Positions 19,054 through 28,751 of a stretch of 64,000 nucleotides of DNA are shown here, one piece after another; the first letter of the stretch is position 1; the number at the start of each line of letters is the position of its first letter. The notes under the pieces are model-generated. The model made no database searches, had not been told where the DNA came from, and was given only the letters and a program-made list of their open reading frames with translations. The translations under genes were made by a program, and so were the position numbers. The DNA is from Aquificota bacterium (lineage in GTDB: Bacteria; Aquificota; Aquificia; Aquificales; Aquificaceae). Location: NCBI GenBank assembly GCA_013153495.1, contig JAADEH010000010.1, positions 26,379 through 90,378 of the forward strand. Reading direction: 5' to 3'.

Positions 19054-19356
19054 TTACATATTTGTCAAAGCGGGTGCTAAAGCACATATAAGGGCAAAGC
19101 AAGAACCCCAGAAGAGAACCATTCCGACAATCATGGCTATTAGAGCCTTGTGCTTTGGATTATCAACACGAAAAACTCTGAAGTAGGCGTAGGACACGAG
19201 AAATCCCAGACCTAAAGCGATAACTTCTGCGAGCATTAACAAATCCTGCAGGGGTGGAAATGCAGGTATGAGACCAAAGAAAATGAGAGGGTGCACCAGG
19301 AAAGCCAAGAAAGAAGCCACTACCATGTGAACGGCGAAAGCTAAGCGAGAAAGCAT
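19054..19356 (-). CDS. Small integral membrane protein of unknown function
   Basis: 100 aa with three hydrophobic segments; overlaps the 3' end of the DUF62 gene by 16 nt. Confidence 0.55.
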   Translation of the reverse strand: MLSRLAFAVHMVVASFLAFLVHPLIFFGLIPAFPPLQDLLMLAEVIALGLGFLVSYAYFRVFRVDNPKHKALIAMIVGMVLFWGSCFALICALAPALTNM

Positions 19357-20096
19357 ACCTCCTCTCCTTCCTTCAGTTTAAACTTCTCCCTTGCGCTCTC
19401 CGTGGGAACGAACAGCTCCATAAACCCGAAGCTCCCGCAGACCGCATTGAGCTTTTCTTTATCTCCTGCCTGAAAGTAAGGTGCAATCTTCAGCTTCTCT
19501 CCTCTGAACTCCGCATGGGAGTATTCCCCGCAGGGGATATTTGTTATAGCGTTTCCGAAGCGGTCAAAGTGAATTATCTGCCCAATAAGGCACTCCTTTT
19601 CCCTCCTCACCTCGGGGAAGTTGAGCCTGCATTTATACTCAATACTTCTTCCAAACTCCTCAAGGGGAACTCCTCTGCTTATGTAGGCTCCTGCAGGAGC
19701 GAAGATGTCCCTCCCGTGGAAGGTGTTGTTAGGTTTTGGGAGCTGAAGTTTTTTATTTTCTAAAATCACCACCGAAGGTGGTCCTTCAAATTCTCTAACT
19801 ACCAAATCGAAAATCCCGTTGTCGGGTCCCACGAAGAAGTATTCACCGAGTCTCATAGCTATGGGCTTTCTCTCCGAACCAACTCCTGGGTCCACCACCG
19901 CTACGAAGACCGTTCCCGGGGGGAAGTATCTGTAGTGAGCTTTTAAAAGGAGGGCACCCTCAGGAACATTAAAGGGCTGGACCTCGTGGGAGAGGTCTAT
20001 TACGGGCACTCCGGGGTTTATGCTCTGGATAACTCCCTTCATGGCTCCTACAAAGCCGTCCTGCGTTCCGAAGTCGGTCAGGAGAGCTATCGTCAT
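19341..20096 (-). CDS. SAM hydroxide adenosyltransferase / SAM-dependent chlorinase-fluorinase family (DUF62)
   Basis: IALLTDFG..DGFVGAMKG, VAVVDPGVG, TFHGRDIFAP, and IIHFDRFGN. Confidence 0.9.
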   Translation of the reverse strand: MTIALLTDFGTQDGFVGAMKGVIQSINPGVPVIDLSHEVQPFNVPEGALLLKAHYRYFPPGTVFVAVVDPGVGSERKPIAMRLGEYFFVGPDNGIFDLVVREFEGPPSVVILENKKLQLPKPNNTFHGRDIFAPAGAYISRGVPLEEFGRSIEYKCRLNFPEVRREKECLIGQIIHFDRFGNAITNIPCGEYSHAEFRGEKLKIAPYFQAGDKEKLNAVCGSFGFMELFVPTESAREKFKLKEGEEVCFLA

Positions 20097-20143
20097 AAGA
20101 TTTATGTTAAAATGTTTGCTCCGAGTTTAAGGAGGTGATGTAG

Positions 20144-20347
20144 TTGGCGGTAGTTATAGTGCACGAAGGAGAGCCACCCGAGAAGGTTTTAAAGAGGTTC
20201 AAGAGGCTCGTTGACCAGGAGCAAATACTCACTGAAGTCAAGAGAAGGGAATACTACGAAAAGCCCAGCGAGCGCAAGAAAAAGCGTGAGAGGGCGAGAA
20301 GAAAGAGGATACTGAAGGCTCTCAAAAAACAGCAACAGCTTATGTAA
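20144..20347 (+). CDS. rpsU: 30S ribosomal protein S21
   Basis: LKRFKR...RREYYEKPSERKK; TTG start with a GGAGG RBS. Confidence 0.93.
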   Translation: MAVVIVHEGEPPEKVLKRFKRLVDQEQILTEVKRREYYEKPSERKKKRERARRKRILKALKKQQQLM

Positions 20348-21308
20348 GCTTAATCTCCTGTGCATACTTCCTTGCGAGCTTGAAAAGCTTGCTCGCTTTA
20401 TCCTTTGCCTTTGCTTTCTCCTCTTCGGATACATGGGGGTCGTCCAAAAGAAAGCTCGTAACCTTTCCCCTCACGTAGGCTCTGTAGCACTTGAAGAAGG
20501 GTAGAAAGGTCCCGAACTCGGGGTCTTGGGTTATTTTCAGATACTCCTCTTCGTATGCCTTTGCGAGCTTCTCTTTTCCGAAAAAGTCCAGTTCCATGGA
20601 GAGGAAGCACATGTCGTTGAGCACGTCTCCGTATCGGAAGCGGTCGTTGAACTCTATGCAGTCGAAGATGCATACACCCTCCTCTAAGAAGGCTACGTGC
20701 TCTATCCTTATGTCCCCGTGTCCGTCCCTTATGCGTCCCTCCTTCATTCTCTTGTAAAAAAGCTTTTCGTGAACTTCGTAGAACCTGTTTGTTTTTTCCC
20801 TTATAAACTCGAAGTCCTCCTTTGAGATGGTTATTCCTACATACTTCTCTGTCTGCTGGAAGTTCTCGTCCGTGTTGAACTTCATAACTTCAGGTTTCCC
20901 GAACTCGTCCACCCTCTCAGCTCTGGAGTGAAAATCTGCCACCACCTTTGCAACCTTTCTTATGTCCTCCTCGGACACCTCCTCCAGCCTGTTGGAGAGT
21001 ATGCACCCGTCGGGTATCCTCCTCATCTTGACCGCATACTCCACCACGTTGGAGTCATTCTCTAAGACCCACTCTCCCTCTATCTCACTTATGGGAACTA
21101 CCCCTATATACACCCAGGGGCAGAGCCTGCGGTTGAGGATAACTTCCTTCTCGCAATTCTCCTTTCTCTTCTCAAGGGTTGAGTAGTCTAAAAAGCCGAA
21201 GTTGACGGGTTTCTTTATCTTATATACCACCTCGTCGAGGAGTATCACCCAGGAGGTGTGGGTCTGAACAAGCTCCCCACCGAGCTGACGTGCAAGCTTT
21301 TCCACCAT
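20340..21308 (-). CDS. Aminoglycoside-phosphotransferase-like kinase-fold protein (N-terminal half of the APH+AAA_33 family)
   Basis: [41 protein letters not shown] and YRAYVR; no P-loop domain follows. Confidence 0.7.
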   Translation of the reverse strand: MVEKLARQLGGELVQTHTSWVILLDEVVYKIKKPVNFGFLDYSTLEKRKENCEKEVILNRRLCPWVYIGVVPISEIEGEWVLENDSNVVEYAVKMRRIPDGCILSNRLEEVSEEDIRKVAKVVADFHSRAERVDEFGKPEVMKFNTDENFQQTEKYVGITISKEDFEFIREKTNRFYEVHEKLFYKRMKEGRIRDGHGDIRIEHVAFLEEGVCIFDCIEFNDRFRYGDVLNDMCFLSMELDFFGKEKLAKAYEEEYLKITQDPEFGTFLPFFKCYRAYVRGKVTSFLLDDPHVSEEEKAKAKDKASKLFKLARKYAQEIKLT

Positions 21309-21381
21309 TCAAAGTATTATAGCGAGGCGTGGCATTGGCTGTCCGCAAGCCTATAATATATCTCTTAGGAGGTCTGGAGTA

Positions 21382-23757
21382 TTGGAAAAGAAGCGGGTTC
21401 AGGACGTAGCTAAGGAGCTTGGTATCAAAACCAAGAAGCTTATTGAATTTCTCGAGGAGTGGGCACCGAGGGACGACGAAAAGAAGTGGACCAACTTTCA
21501 CATCCTCGACGATGAACATATCGAGATGATTTACCAGGAGTTCGGAGAGCCTCAAAGTGAGAAAAAAGAGACCGCTGTCGCGGTGGAGGAGAAGAAGGAA
21601 GAAAAAGAGGAAAAGAAAGCCGAGGTAAGCGAGGAGGAAGAGGAGATAAAGGTAGAGGAAAAACCCATAGAAGAAGTAGTCGCGGAGGTTCTCGGCAAGG
21701 AGGTCAGAGAAGAAAAACCCAAGGAGGAAACCAGACCTCCCAAGCCCGAACGCAGACCCAGACCGGAAAGGAGAAGACCTGTAAGGGAGTTTAGAAAGCC
21801 ACCCAAGGGAGAGGTAAAACCCAAAGAACCCCCCAAACCTGTGGAACAGAAGAAGGAGGAGAAAAAACCACAGCCCAAGGAGGAAAAGAAAAAGGAGAAG
21901 CTCTCCAAAGAGGAACAGCAGATACTGAAGAAACTCCAACAGCAAATGGAGCGTGAAAAGAAAAAGGAAGAGAGAAGACAGCAGGAGAAAAAGAAGGAGG
22001 ACGAGATAAAGATAATCGAGATATACGAGGGCATAACGGTTCGGGAGCTGGCGGACTTACTCGGAGTTCCTGCCAACAAGGTCATCGGAGAGCTTATGAA
22101 GAGGGGAATACTCGCTACCATAAACCAGGCTGTTCCCACCGATGTTGCGATTGAGGTTGCGGAGAGTTTCGGATTTTTAGCGGAGGCTAAGAAAGAAGAG
22201 GAGGAGGAAACCCTCATAGAGGAAATTCCCGACAAACCCGAAGACCTCAAACCCAGACCCCCGATAGTGGTGGTTATGGGACACGTTGACCACGGCAAAA
22301 CTACCCTTCTGGATACTATAAGGAAGACCAACGTAGCGGAGCGGGAAAAGGGAGGTATTACTCAGCACATAGGTGCTTATCAGGTAAAGCTCCCCGACGG
22401 AAGGATAATCACTTTCCTCGATACACCCGGACACGAAGCCTTCACCACCCTCAGAGCGAGGGGTGCTCAAATTACGGACATTGCGGTTCTCGTGGTTGCG
22501 GCGGACGACGGCGTCATGCCCCAGACCATAGAAGCTATAAACCACGCAAAAGCCTTCAACGTTCCCATAATAGTCGCGGTTAACAAGATAGATAAACCCG
22601 GTGCTGATCCCATGAAGGTCAGAAGGGAGCTTTCCGAGCACGGACTCATACCCGAAGAGTGGGGCGGAGACACGATATTCGTTGACGTTTCCGCAAAGAC
22701 CGGTCAAAACGTAGAACAGCTCTTGGAGATGATAAATCTCTTGGCGGACATCCTCGAACTCAAAGCTAACCCCAACAAGAGAGCTAAGGGGGTCATAATA
22801 GAGACCAAACTCGACAGGAAAAAGGGACCCACCGCAACCGTCATAATTCAGGAAGGAACGCTTCGCGTTGGAGACACATTCGTTGCTGGTATAACCCACG
22901 GAAGGGTCCGTGCCATGTTTGACGACAAAGGTAGGCAGGTAAAAGAGGCGACCCCCTCAACACCCGTCGAGGTTCTCGGATTTGAAGACCTTCCCGAGGC
23001 GGGGGACACCCTCGTGGTGGTCGATAGTGAGCGCAAGGCGAGGGAGATAGCGGAGAAGATACGGGAAAAGAGGGAAAAGGAGGAGAAACTTGCCCAGAGC
23101 GTCAGGCTCGAAGACATATACAAGAAAATACAGTCGGGAGAGACTAAGGAGCTTCTTCTCATAATAAAGGCGGACACGATGGGTTCTCTGGAAGCCCTGA
23201 AAAAGTCCCTCGAGGAGCTTTCCACCGATAAGGTTGCGGTTCGGGTCATACACGGTGCGGTGGGAGGAATAACCGAGAACGACGTTATGCTCGCAAAGGC
23301 ATCGGGAGCGATAATCATAGGCTTCAACACCAGACCGGACCCCAAGGCGAGGGAGCTTATAGAAAAGGAAAAGGTAGATGCCCGTATGTATGGAATAATC
23401 TACCAGGTTATAGACGACGTAAAGAAAGCCCTTCAGGGTCTCCTCGAGCCTGTGGAGAGGGAGGAGGTTCTCGGTTCTGCGGAGGTAAGAGCTACCTTCA
23501 AGGTGAAGAAGGTGGGAACCGTCGCGGGATGTTACGTTCTGGAAGGTAAGATGGTTAGGGGAGCCAAGGCGAGACTCATACGGGAAGGTGTTGTGGTTTA
23601 CGACGGGGAGATAGAAAACCTCAAAAGGTTCAAAGAGGACGTTCAGGAAGTAGCCAAGGGATACGAATGCGGTATAAAGCTCAAAGACTTCAACGACGTG
23701 AAAGTAGGGGACATAATAGAATGTTACGAGATAAAGTTAGAGCAACCAACGCTCTGA
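21382..23757 (+). CDS. infB: Translation initiation factor IF-2
   Basis: [29 protein letters not shown] and NKID; E/K/P-rich N-terminus; TTG start. Confidence 0.97.
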   Translation: MEKKRVQDVAKELGIKTKKLIEFLEEWAPRDDEKKWTNFHILDDEHIEMIYQEFGEPQSEKKETAVAVEEKKEEKEEKKAEVSEEEEEIKVEEKPIEEVVAEVLGKEVREEKPKEETRPPKPERRPRPERRRPVREFRKPPKGEVKPKEPPKPVEQKKEEKKPQPKEEKKKEKLSKEEQQILKKLQQQMEREKKKEERRQQEKKKEDEIKIIEIYEGITVRELADLLGVPANKVIGELMKRGILATINQAVPTDVAIEVAESFGFLAEAKKEEEEETLIEEIPDKPEDLKPRPPIVVVMGHVDHGKTTLLDTIRKTNVAEREKGGITQHIGAYQVKLPDGRIITFLDTPGHEAFTTLRARGAQITDIAVLVVAADDGVMPQTIEAINHAKAFNVPIIVAVNKIDKPGADPMKVRRELSEHGLIPEEWGGDTIFVDVSAKTGQNVEQLLEMINLLADILELKANPNKRAKGVIIETKLDRKKGPTATVIIQEGTLRVGDTFVAGITHGRVRAMFDDKGRQVKEATPSTPVEVLGFEDLPEAGDTLVVVDSERKAREIAEKIREKREKEEKLAQSVRLEDIYKKIQSGETKELLLIIKADTMGSLEALKKSLEELSTDKVAVRVIHGAVGGITENDVMLAKASGAIIIGFNTRPDPKARELIEKEKVDARMYGIIYQVIDDVKKALQGLLEPVEREEVLGSAEVRATFKVKKVGTVAGCYVLEGKMVRGAKARLIREGVVVYDGEIENLKRFKEDVQEVAKGYECGIKLKDFNDVKVGDIIECYEIKLEQPTL

Positions 23758-24377
23758 GCGTTAACGAAATATACAGCTCTATCCAAGGGGAGGGACTTCT
23801 TGTCGGGACACCTTCCCTCTTCATAAGACTTCAGGGATGCAACTTAAGGTGCCCCTGGTGCGACCAGCCCGAAGCCCTATCCTTCTCAAAATCCGAAGTT
23901 CCCTTGGAAGACGTCCTACGGCAGGCTCAGGAAAGCCCCTTCAGACATGCGGTTATAACGGGCGGAGAGCCTATGGCTCACGAGGGACTGCCTGCCCTCG
24001 TTAAAGCTCTTTTGGAAGAAGGCTTCAGCGTTCAGATAGAGACCAACGGCACCCTTTGGCAGGAAGCCCTCGAAGAGAAAGCGAAGGAAATACACATAAC
24101 CTGTTCTCCCAAAGCGGTGGCGGGTTTCTTCGTCCACCCCAAGGTTCTGAAGTATGCCAAGGAGCTTAAGTTCGTCGTCGATGAGGAACTTACCGCTGAA
24201 ATCCTGCTCAGGCAAGAGTTCAAGCGCTTTTTGGAGGGAGGACTCGTCGTTTTGCAACCGGAAAGCAACAGAAAGGATATGTTCGAGAAAGCCCTACGCA
24301 TTCAGGAGGATATGGCTGAAAAAGGTTATAGAGTCAGGATAATTCCCCAGATTCACAAATTCCTTGGAATTCGCTGA
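23721..24377 (+). CDS. queE: 7-carboxy-7-deazaguanine synthase (radical SAM)
   Basis: [30 protein letters not shown], and IPQIHK. The start is uncertain; the ATG at 23721 overlaps the infB end. Confidence 0.85.
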   Translation: MLRDKVRATNALSVNEIYSSIQGEGLLVGTPSLFIRLQGCNLRCPWCDQPEALSFSKSEVPLEDVLRQAQESPFRHAVITGGEPMAHEGLPALVKALLEEGFSVQIETNGTLWQEALEEKAKEIHITCSPKAVAGFFVHPKVLKYAKELKFVVDEELTAEILLRQEFKRFLEGGLVVLQPESNRKDMFEKALRIQEDMAEKGYRVRIIPQIHKFLGIR

Positions 24378-24396
24378 GTATTTATGCCCTTTATAC

Positions 24397-24424
24397 TTGC
24401 AATAAGAAGCGCTTATACTATAAT
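24397..24424 (+). promoter_or_regulatory. LysR gene promoter containing a T-N11-A operator
   Basis: TTGCAA (24397-24402), 16 nt, TATAAT (24419-24424). The dyad ATAAG-N5-CTTAT (24402-24416) lies in the spacer. Confidence 0.65.
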
Positions 24425-24435
24425 TAAAGTTTGAT

Positions 24436-25350
24436 ATGATTGACATTTCTAAACTTAAAACCTTTGTTACAGTAGCAGACCTCGGGAGCTTCTCCAAGGC
24501 TTCCGAAATCCTATACATAACCCAGCCCGCAGTTACCCAGCAGATAAAAGCCCTCGAGAAAACCATAGGAGCGAAGCTCTTTCAGAGACAGGGCGGTAAG
24601 ATGTGCCTGACCGAAGAGGGAAAACGCATATATGAAATAGCCAAGATACTACTCGGAAGCTACGAAGGTCTTATGGAGGAAATAGCCAAGATAAAGAAGG
24701 ACCTTAAAGACACCCTCTTTCTCGGCGTCAGCGCAACCCTCAGCGAATACATAATTCCCTCACTCATTGCGGAGTTTCACAGGGAATTTCCCAGTGCAAC
24801 GGTAAAGATATTTACCGGAAACTCCCACGACGTAGAAGAGGGGTTGCTGTCGGGAGTGCTCAACCTCGGGATAATAGAGAGGGAACCTTCCAACAAGTTC
24901 GTCAGCGTCCCCTGGCTCGAGGACGAAATAATATTCTTCACATACCCCCAGAACCCCATAGCGAATGCGGGAGAGATAGACCCGGAGGACCTATACAACG
25001 TTGACCTCGTTATGAGGGAGATGAACTCCGGAACCCGTAAGATAGTCAGAGAAGCCTTAGAAAAACTCGGCGTCGTGTTCGAGAGGCTGAACATAAAGAT
25101 AGAGGCGAACAACAGCAGAACCATAATGCACATAGTCAAGAACGGATACGGAGCTTCTTTCCTTTCCAAGGGACTCATAATAAGGGAGATAGAGAGGGGA
25201 ACGATAGTTCCCGTAAAGATAAAAGGCTTTAAGGTTAAGAGGAGGTTCAACATAATTTATCCCAAAACTTCCAACGTTACCTTCCTTGCCAGCAATTTCG
25301 TTAAATTCGTTCTTTCCAAAACCCAGGAGAGCGTTCCCGAAAGGGTGTGA
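24436..25350 (+). CDS. LysR-family transcriptional regulator
   Basis: LKTFVTVADLGSFSKASEILYITQPAVTQQIKALE HTH, followed by a substrate-binding domain (CysL-like style). Confidence 0.92.
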   Translation: MIDISKLKTFVTVADLGSFSKASEILYITQPAVTQQIKALEKTIGAKLFQRQGGKMCLTEEGKRIYEIAKILLGSYEGLMEEIAKIKKDLKDTLFLGVSATLSEYIIPSLIAEFHREFPSATVKIFTGNSHDVEEGLLSGVLNLGIIEREPSNKFVSVPWLEDEIIFFTYPQNPIANAGEIDPEDLYNVDLVMREMNSGTRKIVREALEKLGVVFERLNIKIEANNSRTIMHIVKNGYGASFLSKGLIIREIERGTIVPVKIKGFKVKRRFNIIYPKTSNVTFLASNFVKFVLSKTQESVPERV

Positions 25351-25351
25351 A

Positions 25352-26053
25352 ATGAAAGCTGTTATCTTCGACGTTGACGGCGTTATAGTGGACGTGCGGG
25401 AGAGCTATCATTACGCTATAAAGGAGACCGCTGAGCACTTTCTCGGTCGTGAAGTTCCTCTCAAGACGGTAAAGGAAATAAAGTTTTCCAAAGCCATAAA
25501 CAACGATTGGGACGTAACCTACGAAGTCATAAAGCATTACGGTGGAGAGGCAGACTACGAGGAACTTGTGGAAAAGTTCACGGAGATTTACGAAAGGTTA
25601 AAAGACAGAGAGAGACAAATACTGTCGGCAGACTTCTTCAGAAGGCTCAAAGAAGCGGGAATACCTCTCGGTATAGTTACCGGAAGACCGAAGAGGGACC
25701 TCGATTACGTTCTCGACAGGTTCAAGATAAGGGAGTTTTTTGACGTAACGGTGGACGAGGACGACATAGTGGATAAAAACCTCAGAAAGCCACACCCTTT
25801 CCCCCTCCACCTGTGCATGGAAAGTCTCGGTGCACATGAGGGTATCTACGTGGGAGACAACAATGCGGATTACGAGATGGTGCACTTTTACAGGAAGATA
25901 TACTCAAAACCTGTTAAGTTCGTCCACTTCAACAAGGTGGTTGACCTTAAAATCCCCTCCGACTTTACCACAGATAGGGAAGAGGAACTTACGAATTACC
26001 TTCTTCGAGAGGCTTCCCCGAGTCGGGAAGGAGAACGGGTATCCCCTCTTTAA
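25352..26053 (+). CDS. HAD-superfamily hydrolase
   Basis: FDVDGV, VTGR, KPHP and YVGD motifs. Start reassigned to the ATG at 25352. Confidence 0.85.
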   Translation: MKAVIFDVDGVIVDVRESYHYAIKETAEHFLGREVPLKTVKEIKFSKAINNDWDVTYEVIKHYGGEADYEELVEKFTEIYERLKDRERQILSADFFRRLKEAGIPLGIVTGRPKRDLDYVLDRFKIREFFDVTVDEDDIVDKNLRKPHPFPLHLCMESLGAHEGIYVGDNNADYEMVHFYRKIYSKPVKFVHFNKVVDLKIPSDFTTDREEELTNYLLREASPSREGERVSPL

Positions 26054-26168
26054 CTTCGTAATAAACCCTACAGTTTCTGCACACGAGGATTTCCTTCTCG
26101 GAGTTGTATTCAAGCTCTCCCTTGCATACGGGACAGGCAAGCACTTCCAAAAGCTTATCGTCGAGCAT
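25989..26168 (-). CDS. Trm112/YcaR-like protein
   Basis: LLEVLACPVCKGEL...LVC..C...Y.VKEGIPVLL; the ATG at 26168 overlaps the stop of the upstream gene. Confidence 0.85.
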   Translation of the reverse strand: MLDDKLLEVLACPVCKGELEYNSEKEILVCRNCRVYYEVKEGIPVLLPDSGKPLEEGNS

Positions 26169-26581
26169 CAGCTTATCTCCTTCACATACTCCCAAAGCTC
26201 TTTCATAAACCTCTTGAACTCGGAGAGTTTCTTACTGTCAAGCTTTTTAGATAGTTTCCTTTCATCGAAGGTAAGCTCTCCGCTCACCGGTGCGTAGTCT
26301 ATGTATTGCAGGTCGGAGATGTTTAGGTCAAATACGCACATGTATTGCTGAGCTTCCTTCTTGAACAGAACGAACTCAGCTTCATAGGGTTGGGACACCT
26401 TCGTATCCCACTGAAAACTACCCCCGAAGGGATTGAGCCAGAACTGTTCGTTATCAGCCATACAAAACTCTGCTCTCTTTACGGACATCAAATCCAGCAT
26501 AAGCTCCCCATCGGGCATCATAACCGCCCAAACCTTATCTCCCTTAAGAGGGTTTAGTAAAAAAGTAACGGTATTTTCCAT
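26168..26581 (-). CDS. Hypothetical protein (137 aa)
   Basis: Coding-like ORF translationally coupled to the Trm112-like gene; no motif recognised. Confidence 0.6.
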   Translation of the reverse strand: MENTVTFLLNPLKGDKVWAVMMPDGELMLDLMSVKRAEFCMADNEQFWLNPFGGSFQWDTKVSQPYEAEFVLFKKEAQQYMCVFDLNISDLQYIDYAPVSGELTFDERKLSKKLDSKKLSEFKRFMKELWEYVKEIS

Positions 26582-26614
26582 TATTTGTCCCCCTTTGGTA
26601 ATATTATAAGGGAC

Positions 26615-26884
26615 ATGCGCCTGCGTATTTTTGTATCGGGAGTGGTGCAGGGAGTAGGATTTAGAGCATACACCCAGAGGGTCGCAGAAAGTTACGGACT
26701 TTCAGGATGGGTAAGGAACCTTCCCGACGGGAGAGTTGAAATCCTCGCAGAAGGAGACGAAGAAGTTTTATGTCATTTCGTAAAAGAGGTATGGAAGGGA
26801 CCGAGGCTTGCGAGGGTTGACAAGCTGGAGATTATAAAGGAGGAGTCCGATGAACCTCTTCGTGGTTTTGATATTAAGTATTAG
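26615..26884 (+). CDS. acyP: Acylphosphatase
   Basis: VSGVVQGVGFR and GWVRNLPDGRVE. Start reassigned to the ATG at 26615. Confidence 0.92.
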   Translation: MRLRIFVSGVVQGVGFRAYTQRVAESYGLSGWVRNLPDGRVEILAEGDEEVLCHFVKEVWKGPRLARVDKLEIIKEESDEPLRGFDIKY

Positions 26885-27848
26885 TTTTTTTATAGGAACC
26901 GCTGAAGCGGTTAAATGCAGAACCTACTACAAAGTCAGACCGGGGGACAGCCCGTGGAAAATAGCCAAAAAATACAACCTCTCCGTAAAGGACATAGAAA
27001 AAGCCAATCCCCGCCTCAAGCGTGAGAGGTTCCTCAAAGTTGGTCAGAGAATATGCATACCCTACAAAAAGAAAACCAAAAGGGTGAAAAGGAAGAAGAG
27101 AACAGAATACATAACATACACTGTAAGACCCGGGGACAGCCTTCAAAAGATAGCCAAAAGGTTCGGTGTGAGCTGGAAAGAAATAAAAAGAATAAACGGA
27201 CTCAGGAGCAATACAATTCGTGTGGGTCAAAAGCTCAAAATACCCAAAAGGGTTTCCGTGGCAAAGAGAAAGGTCAGGAAAACCAGAACTTACAGGAAGA
27301 GGAATGTAGTTTATATAAAGTATAGAGTTCGCAAGGGGGACAGCCTTCAGAAAATAGCCAAAAAGTTCGGTGTAAGTTGGAAAGAAATAAAGAGAGCCAA
27401 CAGGCTCAGAAGCAACCTCATAAGAGTCGGACAGATACTTAAAATTCCCGTTCCGAGAAGGTCCTTTGAAAGGAGATTTGTCAGCAAACCTAAAATCAGG
27501 CTTGCCTTTCTTCCCGTGGACGGTAAGGTTAAAAAAAGCACGAGGGGTGTTGACATATACGCTTCCTGCGGTGATAAGGTTAGAGCGGTGGATAGCGGGA
27601 GGGTTATATACAGCGGGGACGACCTGACCAGCTACGGCAATACCATAATAGTCGAGCATCCGGGATACCTGTCCGTTTATGCCTATAACATGCAGAACCT
27701 TGTGGACAGAGGGGATAAGGTTTCCAAGGGTGAAATCATAGGTAAAGTAGGACTGAAGCCCGGTTCCGGTAAGTGTGCCCTTCACTTCGAAATAAGGTCC
27801 AAGGACGGCTCCGTTCTCAACCCCCTTGAATATCTCGGTAAGAAGTAA
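26850..27848 (+). CDS. Triple-LysM / M23 (LytM) protein, NlpD-like
   Basis: Signal peptide; three Y.VR.GDS...IAKK LysM repeats; C-terminal GVDI...YGNTIIVEH...LHFEIR. Confidence 0.85.
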   Translation: MNLFVVLILSISFFIGTAEAVKCRTYYKVRPGDSPWKIAKKYNLSVKDIEKANPRLKRERFLKVGQRICIPYKKKTKRVKRKKRTEYITYTVRPGDSLQKIAKRFGVSWKEIKRINGLRSNTIRVGQKLKIPKRVSVAKRKVRKTRTYRKRNVVYIKYRVRKGDSLQKIAKKFGVSWKEIKRANRLRSNLIRVGQILKIPVPRRSFERRFVSKPKIRLAFLPVDGKVKKSTRGVDIYASCGDKVRAVDSGRVIYSGDDLTSYGNTIIVEHPGYLSVYAYNMQNLVDRGDKVSKGEIIGKVGLKPGSGKCALHFEIRSKDGSVLNPLEYLGKK

Positions 27849-27854
27849 TACAAT
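27826..27854 (+). promoter_or_regulatory. Sigma70 promoter of rplM-rpsI
   Basis: TTGAAT (27826-27831), 17 nt, TACAAT (27849-27854). Confidence 0.6.
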
Positions 27855-27879
27855 ATTGGTTTCCTGAAAGGAGAGTGAG

Positions 27880-28314
27880 ATGAAGACATACAGGGTAAAG
27901 CCTCAAGAAGTGGAAAGAAAGTGGTTCGTGGTAGATGCGGAAGGCAAGGTCTTGGGAAGGCTCGCCAGCGAGATAGCCAAGATACTCAGGGGAAAGCACA
28001 AGCCTTACTATCAACCCGACGTTGACTGCGGGGACTTCGTGGTAGTTATAAATGCGGAGAAGATAAGGGTAACCGGTAAGAAGCTGGACCAGAAGAAGTA
28101 TTACAGACACTCCAACTATCCCGGAGGTCTAAAAGAAAGAACTCTCAGATGGATGCTGGAGAACAAGCCCGAAGAAGTCATAAGGCTTGCGGTAAAGCGC
28201 ATGCTCCCTAAAAACAGGCTCGGACACAGGATGCTCAAAAAGCTAAAGGTATATAGAGGTCCCGAACATCCCCACCAAGCTCAAAAGCCCCAACCCCTGG
28301 AGGTTAAGGCATGA
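27880..28314 (+). CDS. rplM: 50S ribosomal protein L13
   Basis: [24 protein letters not shown] and YRHSNYPGG. Confidence 0.97.
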   Translation: MKTYRVKPQEVERKWFVVDAEGKVLGRLASEIAKILRGKHKPYYQPDVDCGDFVVVINAEKIRVTGKKLDQKKYYRHSNYPGGLKERTLRWMLENKPEEVIRLAVKRMLPKNRLGHRMLKKLKVYRGPEHPHQAQKPQPLEVKA

Positions 28315-28751
28315 ACAAGCTAAAGGATTTCAGGATAACCCCTGAAAATTCTCACTACGGAACTGGAAGGCGTAAGGAAGCCATAGCGAGGGTGTGGATA
28401 CTGAAAGACAACACCGACAAGTTCATCGTAAAGGTTAAAGAAACCGGCAAGGAGTATGACCTCAGAGACTACGTCCAAAGGGAAACCCTCTATCAGAAGG
28501 TAATGCTACCCTTTAAGGTTACCGGAACGGAAGGAAAGTTCGGTATATTTGCTACCGTCGAAGGAGGCGGTATATCCGGTCAGGCGGAAGCCATAATGTA
28601 TGGCATTGCAAAAGCTCTCCTGGGATACAACCCCGACTTCAGACCTTCCCTTAAAAAGGCAGGACTGCTCACGAGGGACGCAAGGGAGAAGGAGAGGAAG
28701 AAATACGCTCAGATGGGTGCAAGGGCTAAATACAGGTGGAGCAAACGTTAA
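28311..28751 (+). CDS. rpsI: 30S ribosomal protein S9
   Basis: [23 protein letters not shown], and [13 protein letters not shown]...SKR. Confidence 0.97.
   Translation: MNKLKDFRITPENSHYGTGRRKEAIARVWILKDNTDKFIVKVKETGKEYDLRDYVQRETLYQKVMLPFKVTGTEGKFGIFATVEGGGISGQAEAIMYGIAKALLGYNPDFRPSLKKAGLLTRDAREKERKKYAQMGARAKYRWSKR

Noticed and set aside
21552-22331. 259-aa antisense ORF inside infB (also 21220-21945)
   Set aside because: It is the S/F/L-rich mirror of the E/K-rich IF2 N-terminus; a shadow ORF with no RBS or motif.
26874-27785. 303-aa antisense ORF inside the LysM/M23 gene
   Set aside because: Shadow ORF; its internal repeats only mirror the LysM repeats.
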